DNA of 64,000 nucleotides from an uncultured Candidatus Rokubacteria bacterium (GTDB lineage: Bacteria; Methylomirabilota; Methylomirabilia; Rokubacteriales; CSP1-6), in assembly GCA_963754315.1 (NCBI GenBank), contig CAVWFS010000001.1, positions 192,001 to 256,000 of the forward strand, read 5' to 3'. The notes under the pieces are model-generated. The model was not told the DNA's origin and searched no databases. It saw only the letters and a program-made list of their open reading frames with translations. Below are positions 20,114 through 28,834 of this stretch, piece by piece (the first letter of the stretch is position 1; each line of letters begins with the position of its first letter). Made by a program: the position numbers and the translations under genes.

Positions 20114-21268
20114 ATGGCGCTCAAGGAGCCTTTTTATCTGACCGACGACCAGCGGATGATCCGGGACCTCGCGCGGAAGGTCGCGCGCGAAAAGATCGCG
20201 CCGGTCGCGAGCCAGTACGATGAGGCCGAGAGCTATCCCGCGGAGATCATGAAGCTCCTAGCCGACCAGGGCTTGTTCGGCGTCTGGATCCCCGAGGCCT
20301 ACGGCGGCACCGACATGGGGGCGCTGGCGGTAGCCCTCGTTGCGGAGGAGATCGCCTGGGCGTGCGCAGCCACTGCCACCAACTGGGGGGCCACACCCCT
20401 CGGCGGCTATCCCATTCTTCTCGCCGGAAGCGAGGAGCAGAAGGCGCGCTACTTGCCGAGGCTGGCCACGGGTGACATCCTGGCCGCCTACTCGCTGTCC
20501 GAGCCAGGCGCCGGCTCCGACGCCGCCAGCCTGCAGACCACGGCGGTCCGCAAGGGTGACCGCTACATCCTGAACGGGAGCAAGCTCTGGTGCTCAAACG
20601 GTTCCAACGCCGGCGTCATCACGCTCTTCGCCACCGTCGACAAGACGAAAGGTACGCGGGGAGTCACCGCCTTTCTCATCGAGCCGAGCTTCAAGGGGTT
20701 TGCGATCGGCAAGAAAGAGAGGAAGATGGGTATCCGTGCGTCACCGACCGTCGCGTTCCATCTGGAGGACTGTGAGGTGCCGGCTGAGAACCGTCTGGGG
20801 GCCGAGGGCGAAGGCTTCAAGATCGCCATGCGCACCCTCGACTATACCCGGCCCATGACGGGTGCCACCGCGGTGGGGGTGGCCCAGGCCGCCCTCGATG
20901 CCGCCACGGGTTACGCGCAGGAGCGGAAGCAGTTCGGGCAGCCCATCGCGGCGTTCCAGGGGCTCCAGTTCATGCTGGCGGACATGGCCATTCAAGTCCA
21001 CGCCTCCCGCTTGATGGTGCACCACGTGGCCCAGCTCGTGGACCGAGGAACACCCTCGGCCGTGCTGGAGGCGTCGATGGCCAAGTGCTTCGCGGCCGAC
21101 AGCGCCATGAGGGTGGCCACCGACGCCGTGCAGATCTTCGGTGGGGTCGGCTACACGCGCGAGTTTCCGGTTGAGCGCTTCATGCGCGACGCCAAGATCA
21201 TGCAAATCTACGAAGGAACGAATCAGATCCAGCGCGTGATCATCGCCCGCGAGCTTCTGGAGGGCTAG
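20114..21268 (+). CDS. Acyl-CoA dehydrogenase
   Basis: [58 protein letters not shown]. Confidence 0.95.
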   Translation: MALKEPFYLTDDQRMIRDLARKVAREKIAPVASQYDEAESYPAEIMKLLADQGLFGVWIPEAYGGTDMGALAVALVAEEIAWACAATATNWGATPLGGYPILLAGSEEQKARYLPRLATGDILAAYSLSEPGAGSDAASLQTTAVRKGDRYILNGSKLWCSNGSNAGVITLFATVDKTKGTRGVTAFLIEPSFKGFAIGKKERKMGIRASPTVAFHLEDCEVPAENRLGAEGEGFKIAMRTLDYTRPMTGATAVGVAQAALDAATGYAQERKQFGQPIAAFQGLQFMLADMAIQVHASRLMVHHVAQLVDRGTPSAVLEASMAKCFAADSAMRVATDAVQIFGGVGYTREFPVERFMRDAKIMQIYEGTNQIQRVIIARELLEG

Positions 21269-21285
21269 GTGGAGACAGCCAGAGC

Positions 21286-22635
21286 GTGAGCACCCCCTCC
21301 GACGTGAGCGGCCGATCGGTCGCCATGTCCCAGCCAGCCCTCCGAACCATGGACGTCGCGGCCCTGATCGTAGGCACGGTCGTCGGAGCCGGCATCTTCC
21401 GCACGCCAGCCCTGGTCGCGGCCAACTCGGGCAGCGAGGCGCACATGCTCCTCGCCTGGGTCGTGGGGGGTCTGGTGTCACTGGTGGGCGCCCTCTGCTA
21501 TGCGGAACTGGCCACCGCGTACCCGCATCCTGGGGGCGACTATCACTACTTGACGCGGGCGCTGGGTCGACGGTTCGCGTTCCTCTTCGCCTGGGCGAGA
21601 ATCAGCGTGATCCAGACGGGTTCGATCGCTCTGCTCGCGTTTATCTTCGCGGACTACGCCACGGAGATCGCGCCGCTAGGACCGGCCTCATCGGGCGTGT
21701 ATGCGGCGCTGTGCGTCGTCGGGCTGACTGCGCTGAACGTGGCGGGGGTCCGGCAGGGCAAGGGGGTCCAGAAGCTTCTGACAGCGCTGGAGGTCGTCGG
21801 GCTCGCGCTCGTCGTGGGCGCCGGGCTGTTCGTGACCCCAGCCGTCGGCCTCACGACGGCTCCCGCCGCCGCTGGCTCGACCGCGTTCGGCCTCGTGATG
21901 GTGTTCGTGCTGCTGACTTACGGCGGCTGGAACGAGGCATCCTACGTCTCGGCCGAGGTCCACCACCGCCGGGACATCGTGCGCGCCCTCGTCGGCAGCC
22001 TGGTAGCGATCACGGTGCTGTATGTGCTCGTGAACTGGGCGTACCTTCGCGGCCTGGGCCTGGCTGGCGTCGCCGGCTCGCGCACGGTAGCGGCCGATCT
22101 CTTGGAGCGTGCGGTCGGCCCGGGAGGAGGCCGGATGGTGGGAGCCCTCATCGCCGTGTGCGCCTTGACCTCGGCGAATGCCGCGGTGTTCACGGGGGGG
22201 CGCAGCGCCTACGCCTTGGGCCGCGACTTTCGGGTCTTCGCCTTTCTCGGCCGCTGGCATGCGGGGCTGCGCACGCCGGGCAACGCCATCCTCGCGCAGG
22301 GGGCCGTGGCCTTGGCTCTCGTGCTCTTTGGCGCATCGACCCGCCATGGCTTCGAAACCATGGTGGAGTACACTGCACCCGTGTTCTGGATGTTCTTCAT
22401 GCTCACCGGCGTGTCGCTGGTCGTGCTGCGCCGCAAGGAGCCCACAGTGGCTCGCCCGTTCCGGGTGCCACTCTATCCACTGACGCCGTTGCTGTTCTCC
22501 GCCACCGCCGCCTATCTCCTCTATGCCAGCCTGGCCTACGCGGGGTCCGGCGTCCTCGTGGGCCTGGGGGTACTGGCGGTCGGCGGCGGTGTCCTCATCC
22601 TGTCAAAAGGCCGCGAGGCCGAAGGAGGAACTTGA
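21286..22635 (+). CDS. APC-superfamily amino acid permease
   Basis: VGTVVGAGIF..P, LCYAELAT.YP..GGDY.Y, YGGWNEA, RPFRVPLYP; many TM helices. Confidence 0.92.
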   Translation: MSTPSDVSGRSVAMSQPALRTMDVAALIVGTVVGAGIFRTPALVAANSGSEAHMLLAWVVGGLVSLVGALCYAELATAYPHPGGDYHYLTRALGRRFAFLFAWARISVIQTGSIALLAFIFADYATEIAPLGPASSGVYAALCVVGLTALNVAGVRQGKGVQKLLTALEVVGLALVVGAGLFVTPAVGLTTAPAAAGSTAFGLVMVFVLLTYGGWNEASYVSAEVHHRRDIVRALVGSLVAITVLYVLVNWAYLRGLGLAGVAGSRTVAADLLERAVGPGGGRMVGALIAVCALTSANAAVFTGGRSAYALGRDFRVFAFLGRWHAGLRTPGNAILAQGAVALALVLFGASTRHGFETMVEYTAPVFWMFFMLTGVSLVVLRRKEPTVARPFRVPLYPLTPLLFSATAAYLLYASLAYAGSGVLVGLGVLAVGGGVLILSKGREAEGGT

Positions 22636-22637
22636 GA

Positions 22638-23211
22638 ATGTTTCGCCTGCGAACCGTCGTCACTTTGCTCATCCTGGCTCTCGTCAGCGTGGCCGTCACC
22701 GTGGGGGCCCAGACGACTCCCGTCGAGACCAAGCCCCTCGACGTCCCCTACGTGCCGACCAAGGAGGCAGATCGTCGACCGGATGCTTCGGATGGCCAAG
22801 GTAAAGCAGGGTGACGTGCTCTACGATCTGGGCTGCGGTGATGGCCGCATCGTGATCGCGGCGGCCAAGCGTTTTGGCATCCGCGGTGTCGGCATCGATA
22901 TCGACCCCCAGCGCATCGCCGAGGCCGAGGAGAACGCCCGCAAGGCCGGGGTGGCCGACCGGGTGAAGTTCATCCAGGGCGACCTGTTCGAGGCCAAGAT
23001 CCAGGATGCGTCGGTGGTGACCCTCTATCTGCTGCCCGAGGTCAATCTCAGGTTGCGCCCCAAGCTGCTGAGCGACCTCAAGCCGGGCACGCGGATCGTC
23101 TCGCACAACTACGATATGGGCGACTGGAAGCCCGAGCAAACGGCAAAGCTCACCGTCGATGGCACCGAGCACACCGTCTACGCATGGACGGTTCCCAAGC
23201 CAAAGCCCTAG
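22638..23211 (+). CDS. Secreted class I SAM-dependent methyltransferase; frameshift near 22768
   Basis: Signal peptide MFRLRTVVTLLILALVSVAVTVGAQ and LDVPYVPT, then frame change to IVDRML...VLYDLGCGDGRIVI, GIDID, VTLYLLP, RIVSHNYDMGDW. Confidence 0.85.
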
Positions 23212-23347
23212 TGCTCTCGATATGAAGGCTCCGAATGCTGCGCCGCGTCGCGACCGCTGAGAGGCAATACCTCTCGAGCGAGCGGCTTGCCTTTCGGCGC
23301 GTGATGGCGGATATTTTCCGCAACGTCGTTGGGGGGAGGAACTATCA

Positions 23348-23798
23348 ATGGCACGCTTGACGATCAACGGCAGCGCCATCGAGGTCAACGTCGATCCCGG
23401 CATGCCTCTGCTGTGGGCAATCCGGGAGCAGGCCGGCCTCACCGGGACCAAGTATGGATGTGGTATCGCCCAGTGCGGCGCTTGCACCGTGCATCTCGAT
23501 GGGGCGGCTGTCCGCTCCTGCGTGATGCCTGTGAGCGCGGCCGTCGGCAGAGCAGGTCACGACCATCGAAGGCCTCGCCAGCGGCGGAGTCCTGCACAAG
23601 GTGCAGAAGGCTTGGGTGGAGTACGAGGTGCCCCAGTGCGGCTACTGCCAGGCGGGGATGATCATGGCGGTGGCTGCGCTCCTCAAGGACAAGCCCAAGC
23701 CGACCGACGCCGACATCGACGCGACGGTCACCAACATCTGTCGCTGCGGCACGTTCCAGCAAGTGCGTGAGGCCATCCACGCCGCCGCCAAGGCATAA
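23348..23798 (+). CDS. (2Fe-2S)-binding small subunit, isoquinoline 1-oxidoreductase alpha (IorA)-like; frameshift near 23551
   Basis: [31 protein letters not shown]; then [23 protein letters not shown]. Confidence 0.92.
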
Positions 23799-23810
23799 GG
23801 GGGAGCCGCC

Positions 23811-25991
23811 ATGATCACCAAGGCCGGAAGATCGATCGCCGCTCCTTCATCATCAGCACCGCTGCCGTCGGGGGCGGGCTCGCGCTCGGGCCTGAACCTC
23901 CCGCTCGGCGGCAGCGTCGTCCGTGCCCAGGACGGGTCGCCCGAAGTTACCGCCTGGGTGGTGATCCGCCCAGACGACACGGTCGTCATCCGGGTTGCGC
24001 GCTCGGAGATGGGGCAGGGGACTATCACCGGCCTCGCCCAGATGGTGGCCGAGGAGCTCGAGTGCGACTGGTCGAAGGTGACCACCGAATATCCCACGCC
24101 CGGTCAGAGCGTTGCGCGCAAGCGCGTGTGGGGCGATTTCTCCACCGGCGGCAGCCGCGGTATCCGCGACTCGCATCAATACGTGCGCCAGGGCGGTGCC
24201 ACGGCGCGTGTGATGCTGGTCCAAGCCGCGGCCAATACCTGGGGAGTGCCTGCCTCCGAGTGCAGCGCCGCCAACAGCGTTATCACGCACCGCCCCTCCG
24301 GCCGGACGACCACGTACGGCAAGGTGGCGGAAGCGGCCGCCAAGGTCACCCCGCCGGCGAACGTGCCGCTCAAGGACCCGAAGGAATGGAAGCTCATTGG
24401 CAAGCCGGTGAAGCGGCTTGACACCTTGCCGAAGGTGACCGGCGCGCAAGTCTACGGGTTCGATCTGAAGCTGCCCGGGATGCTCAACGCCGCCATCAAG
24501 GACTGCCCGGTCTTCGGCGGCAAGGTGAAGAGCTTCGAAGCGGCCAAGGTCAAGGGCATGCCGGGGGTTCGCCACGTGGTGCGGGTGGGCGATTCGGCGG
24601 TCGCGGTGGTGGCCGATACGTGGTGGCAGGCCAAGACCGCGCTCGATGCGCTTCCCATCGTCTGGGACGAAGGCCCGAATGCCAAGGTCTCGAGCGCCAC
24701 GATCGCCGACATGCTGAAGGCCGGCCTCGACGCCGACCAGGCCTTCGTGGCCAACCAGAACGGCGACGTGAAGGCCGCCATCGCCGGCGCGGCCAAGAAG
24801 GTCGAGGCCGTCTACGCCTACCCGTTCCAGAACCACGCGCCGATGGAACCGATGAACGCCACGGCGAAGTACACGCCGGACCGCTGCGAGGTCTGGGTGC
24901 CTACACAAAACGGCGAGGCCGCGTTCGCGGCGACATTGGCGGCCTCCGGCCTGCCCGCCGACAAGTGCGAGGTCTACAAGATCAACCTCGGCGGCGGTTT
25001 CGGCCGGCGCGGCGCCTTTCACGACTACGTGACCCAGGCCGTCCTCATCGCCAAGCAGATGCCCGGCACGCCGGTGAAGCTCCTGTGGACGCGCGAAGAG
25101 GACATGCTGCACGGCCGGTATCACCCGGTCATGCAGTGCAAGCTGGTCGGCGCGTTCGATACGAGCAACAACCTTACCGGCCTGCACATGCGCCTGTCGG
25201 GGCAATCGATCCTCAGCGTCGTGCGGCCGGAGGCTCTCCAGGACGGCAAGGACCCCCTGGTGTTCCAGGGGCTCAATCCGGGTGGGGACTTCGCCATCGG
25301 CTACAGCGTGCCCAACTTGTTGATCGACCATGCCATGCGCAACACGCACGTCCCGCCCGGGTTCTGGCGCGGCGTGAACATCAACCAGAACGCGATCTTC
25401 CTCGAGTGCTTCATGGACGAGCTGGCCCATGCTGCTGGCCAGGATCCCCTCGAGTTCCGACGGAAGTTGATGGCCAAGCATCCGAAGCACCTCGCGGTGC
25501 TGAACGCGGTGGCCGACCGGGCTGGCTGGGGCAAACCTGCGCCACAGGGTGTATATCGCGGGCTGGCGCAGATGCACTCGTTCGGCAGCTACGTGGCGGC
25601 GTGCGCGGAGATCTCTGTCAAGGACAGTAACAAGGTGGAAATCCATCGGATCGTCGCCGCCACCGATTGCGGGTATGCCGTCAACCCGGCGCAGATCGAG
25701 CGCCAGATTGCCGGTTCGTTCGTCTACGGGTTGTCCGCGCTCTTCATGGAGGAGTGCACGGTCAAGGACGGCCACATCGAGCAGACGAACTTCAATACGT
25801 ACGACTCGATGCGGATCGCGCAGATGCCGAAGGTCGAGTCGATCGTCATGCCGTCCGGCGGGTTCTGGGGTGGGGTCGGCGAGCCGACGATCTGCGTGGC
25901 GGCGCCGGCCGTCCTCAACGCGTTCTTCGCCGCCACCGGCAAGCGGATCCGCACGGTCCCGCTGAAAAACCACGGCATCACCTTGGTGTAA
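23811..25991 (+). CDS. Molybdopterin-binding subunit, isoquinoline 1-oxidoreductase beta (IorB)-like, probably Tat-exported
   Basis: RSEMGQG, AEEL..DW, TGGS, HAPMEPMN, LGGGFGRR, GFWRGV, GGVGEP. The Tat motif RRSFIISTAAVGGGLALG sits in an alternate frame at about 23830-23890 (compensating indels). Confidence 0.92.
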   Translation: MITKAGRSIAAPSSSAPLPSGAGSRSGLNLPLGGSVVRAQDGSPEVTAWVVIRPDDTVVIRVARSEMGQGTITGLAQMVAEELECDWSKVTTEYPTPGQSVARKRVWGDFSTGGSRGIRDSHQYVRQGGATARVMLVQAAANTWGVPASECSAANSVITHRPSGRTTTYGKVAEAAAKVTPPANVPLKDPKEWKLIGKPVKRLDTLPKVTGAQVYGFDLKLPGMLNAAIKDCPVFGGKVKSFEAAKVKGMPGVRHVVRVGDSAVAVVADTWWQAKTALDALPIVWDEGPNAKVSSATIADMLKAGLDADQAFVANQNGDVKAAIAGAAKKVEAVYAYPFQNHAPMEPMNATAKYTPDRCEVWVPTQNGEAAFAATLAASGLPADKCEVYKINLGGGFGRRGAFHDYVTQAVLIAKQMPGTPVKLLWTREEDMLHGRYHPVMQCKLVGAFDTSNNLTGLHMRLSGQSILSVVRPEALQDGKDPLVFQGLNPGGDFAIGYSVPNLLIDHAMRNTHVPPGFWRGVNINQNAIFLECFMDELAHAAGQDPLEFRRKLMAKHPKHLAVLNAVADRAGWGKPAPQGVYRGLAQMHSFGSYVAACAEISVKDSNKVEIHRIVAATDCGYAVNPAQIERQIAGSFVYGLSALFMEECTVKDGHIEQTNFNTYDSMRIAQMPKVESIVMPSGGFWGGVGEPTICVAAPAVLNAFFAATGKRIRTVPLKNHGITLV

Positions 25992-25994
25992 GCA

Positions 25995-26285
25995 ATGCGC
26001 AGGGCCCTGGCCGCGGCGATCGGATCCGCGTCGATCGCCGCGGCCGTGGTAGCGTGGGCCGAGCCGCCGGCCGGCGCGGCATCCTGCTCCGGTTGCCATC
26101 CGGCATCGGCGCGCGTGACGTCGCCGGTGCCGCGGCTGGGCGGCCTCGATCGGGCCGCCGTCGTGCGGGCCATGCAGGACTTCCGCTCGGGGCAGCGGGC
26201 CGCCACGGTGATGGACCGGATCGCCAAAGGGTTCACCGACGAGGAGGTCCAGGCCATCGCCGCCTGGTACGCGGCACAACGGTGA
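25995..26285 (+). CDS. Monoheme cytochrome c (flavocytochrome c cytochrome subunit-like)
   Basis: Signal peptide, CSGCH, ATVMDRIAKGF. Confidence 0.9.
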   Translation: MRRALAAAIGSASIAAAVVAWAEPPAGAASCSGCHPASARVTSPVPRLGGLDRAAVVRAMQDFRSGQRAATVMDRIAKGFTDEEVQAIAAWYAAQR

Positions 26286-27556
26286 AGGTGGGCCGCCGCG
26301 ACTTTCTGGGCTCCATGGTGGCAGTCGCCACGGCGGCCGTGCTGTATCCTCGTCCGGCCTTCGCGCAAGGTGCTGCCCCCCGCGTCGTGGTGATCGGGGG
26401 GGGCTTCGCCGGCGCGAGTTGTGCCCGAGCCCTCCGTCAGCTCGACCCGGGTATTGCCGTGACCTTGGTCGAGCCGAACACGGCATTCACCGCATGCCCA
26501 TTCAGCAACGCCGTGATCGTCGGCTTGCGCGAGCTCAGCGCCCAGCAGTTCACGTACGAGCGCGTCGCCGCCGACGGCATCGTCGTGGCCCGCACGACCG
26601 CCACCGCCGTGGACCCGCACGCGCGTTCGGTGACAGTCGCGGACGGCGCGCGGCTGCCGTACGACCGGCTCGTGCTGGCGCCCGGCATCGATCTCCGATG
26701 GGGGGCCCTGCCGGGCTACGACGAGGCGGCGGCCGAGCTGGTGCCCCATGCCTGGCGCGCCGGCGAGCAGACCCTGCTGTTGCGCCGTCAGCTCGAGGCC
26801 ATGCCGGATGGTGGGCTGGTCGTCATCACGGCGCCGCCCAATCCGTTCCGTTGCCCGCCCGGGCCCTACGAGCGCGCCAGCCTGATCGCGCACTATCTGA
26901 AGACCAAGAAGCCACGCGCCAAGCTGCTCATCCTCGACGCCAAGGATGCCTTCTCGAAGCAGAAACTGTTTCAGGCGGCCTGGGCCGAGCTGTACCCGGG
27001 ACTGATCGAATGGGTACCGCTCTCCAAGGGCGGTAACGTTACGGCGGTGGAAGCCGCCACCCGCACCTTGGTGACCGATTTCGGCCGGCACAAGGCGGCG
27101 GTGGCCAACGTCATCCCGCCCCAGAAGGCCGGGCGCATCGCGGACGCGGCTGGTGTCGCCGACCGCACCGGCTGGTGCCCGATCGATCCGGTGACCTTCG
27201 AGTCGAAGCTGCAGCCGAGCATTCACGTCGTCGGTGACGCCGCCATCGCTGGCGCCATGCCGAAATCCGCCTTTGCCGCGAATTCTCAGGCCAAGACCTG
27301 CGCGGCCGCGGTCGTCCGGCTCCTCAGGGGCAGCGCGCCATCCACCCCCAAGCTGATCAACACGTGCTACAGCCTCATCGCGCCTGACTACGGGATCTCG
27401 ATTGCCGGCGTCTATCAGCCCTCGAGCGGACAGCTGGCTGACGTGCCGGGCGCCGGTGGAGTCAGCCCCTCGGAAGCCCCGCGGGCCACGCGCGCGGCGG
27501 AGGCTGTCCTCGCCGAGGCCTGGTTCCGCACCATCGCGGCCGAGGTGTTCGGCTGA
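26282..27556 (+). CDS. Flavocytochrome c sulfide dehydrogenase flavoprotein subunit (FccB/SoxF-like)
   Basis: Tat signal GRRDFL; VVIGGGFAGA, CPFSN, HAWRAG, FRCPPGPYERAS, NVIPPQKAG, GWCP, MPKSAFAANSQAK, NTCYS. Confidence 0.93.
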   Translation: MKVGRRDFLGSMVAVATAAVLYPRPAFAQGAAPRVVVIGGGFAGASCARALRQLDPGIAVTLVEPNTAFTACPFSNAVIVGLRELSAQQFTYERVAADGIVVARTTATAVDPHARSVTVADGARLPYDRLVLAPGIDLRWGALPGYDEAAAELVPHAWRAGEQTLLLRRQLEAMPDGGLVVITAPPNPFRCPPGPYERASLIAHYLKTKKPRAKLLILDAKDAFSKQKLFQAAWAELYPGLIEWVPLSKGGNVTAVEAATRTLVTDFGRHKAAVANVIPPQKAGRIADAAGVADRTGWCPIDPVTFESKLQPSIHVVGDAAIAGAMPKSAFAANSQAKTCAAAVVRLLRGSAPSTPKLINTCYSLIAPDYGISIAGVYQPSSGQLADVPGAGGVSPSEAPRATRAAEAVLAEAWFRTIAAEVFG

Positions 27557-27618
27557 GGTTCACCACGACGTCGGGCAGGACGGCCAGGTGGTCGGCGGCG
27601 ATCGTCGCGGTCTGCTGC

Positions 27619-27996
27619 ATGGTGGGTGTCGCGCACGGAGAGGATGGGATACCGCATTCGCTCACCGGCGCCAAGGGTGATCCGGCGCGAGGCCGCGCCA
27701 TCGTCGCCAACCGCCACGTTGGTCTCTGCCTGCTCTGTCACAGCGGGCCGTTTCCGGAGGAGCGATTCCAGGGCGATCTCGCGACGAATCTCGCCGGAGT
27801 CGGGGGCCGGCTGTCTGAGGGTCAGCTGCGGCTCCGGATCGTCGATCCGGCTCGGACTAACCCCGCTACTATCATGCCGGGGTATCATCGAATAGAGGGA
27901 CTAGTCCGGGTGGCGCCGGCCTATCGTGGCAAGCCCATCCTGAGCGCAGAGCAGATCGAGGACGTGGTGGCCTTCTTGATGACGTTGAAGGACTGA
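27619..27996 (+). CDS. soxX: Sulfur oxidation c-type cytochrome SoxX
   Basis: GDPARGRAIV, CLLCH, LAGVG.R...QLRLRIVD, NPATIMP, QIEDVVAFL. The frame is open upstream to about 27553 with a signal-like stretch, so the true start may be earlier. Confidence 0.9.
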   Translation: MVGVAHGEDGIPHSLTGAKGDPARGRAIVANRHVGLCLLCHSGPFPEERFQGDLATNLAGVGGRLSEGQLRLRIVDPARTNPATIMPGYHRIEGLVRVAPAYRGKPILSAEQIEDVVAFLMTLKD

Positions 27997-28473
27997 ATGG
28001 AACAGCGCACGTCCCGCCGCGAGTTTCTGCGGGTCGCCGGAGGAGTCGCGGCCGGCGTGGGGCTGGGATCCGTGGTCGCCGTCGAGCCCGCGCGGGCGAC
28101 CCCCGCCGCCATGCGAGAAGCCATCACCAAGGTGGTGGGCTCGGCTCGGGTCGCCCCTGGCAAGGTGAAGCTCGAGTTGCCGCCACTCATCGAGAACGGC
28201 AACGCCGTGCCGCTGACGGTCACCGTCGACAGCCCCATGACCGAGGCAGATCACGTGAGGGCCGTTCATGTCTTCACGGAAAAGAACCCGCAGCCCTACG
28301 TCGTGAGTTTCTACCTCGGACCGCGCGCCGGGCGGGCGAGGGTGGCGACCCGCGTCCGGCTCGCCGACTCGCAGACCGTGATCGCGATCTGCGAGCTCAG
28401 CAATGGCGCGTTCTGGTCCGACAGCGCCGAGATCGTGGTCACCCTCGCGGCGTGTCTGGAAGACGGAATCTAG
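27997..28473 (+). CDS. SoxY-related carrier protein with non-canonical C-terminal arm (AACLE / 'AACIE-arm' type)
   Basis: Tat signal SRREFL; SoxY-fold motifs P.L.ENGN.VP, EKNPQP, TRVRLA.SQ.V.A; ends VVTLAACLEDGI, not VTIGGCGG. Confidence 0.9.
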   Translation: MEQRTSRREFLRVAGGVAAGVGLGSVVAVEPARATPAAMREAITKVVGSARVAPGKVKLELPPLIENGNAVPLTVTVDSPMTEADHVRAVHVFTEKNPQPYVVSFYLGPRAGRARVATRVRLADSQTVIAICELSNGAFWSDSAEIVVTLAACLEDGI

Positions 28474-28475
28474 CC

Positions 28476-28796
28476 GTGGCAAGCGTACTGATCAACGTGC
28501 CGGCCCGGGCCAAGCGCGGCGAGGTCATCGAGATCAAGACGCTGATCTCGCACGTGATGGAGACTGGGTTTCGCCGCACCCAGCTCGGCGCGCCGATCCC
28601 GCGCGACATCATCAGACAGTTTGTGTGCACCTACAACGGCACCGAAATCTTCCGCGCCGAGCTCCACCCAGCCATCGCCGCCAACCCGTTCATCGTGTTC
28701 TCCACGGTGGCCACCGAGAGCGGTACCCTCGCGTTCCAGTGGACCGGCGACGGCGGCTTTTCTGTCAAGGAGTCGGCGGCGATTGTCGTGGAGTAG
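28476..28796 (+). CDS. soxZ: Thiosulfate oxidation carrier complex protein SoxZ
   Basis: IKTLISHVMETGFRR, IPRDII, AIAANPF, W..D. Confidence 0.9.
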   Translation: MASVLINVPARAKRGEVIEIKTLISHVMETGFRRTQLGAPIPRDIIRQFVCTYNGTEIFRAELHPAIAANPFIVFSTVATESGTLAFQWTGDGGFSVKESAAIVVE

Positions 28797-28834
28797 GGGC
28801 CGGGACTCACGCCCCCCCGGTGTTTGTCCCACTC

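Noticed and set aside
23853..26486. 877-aa minus-strand ORF, and similar long antisense ORFs such as 42670-45174, 13438-15003 and 2779-4092
   Set aside because: Antisense shadows of well-supported genes in high-GC DNA; no motifs.
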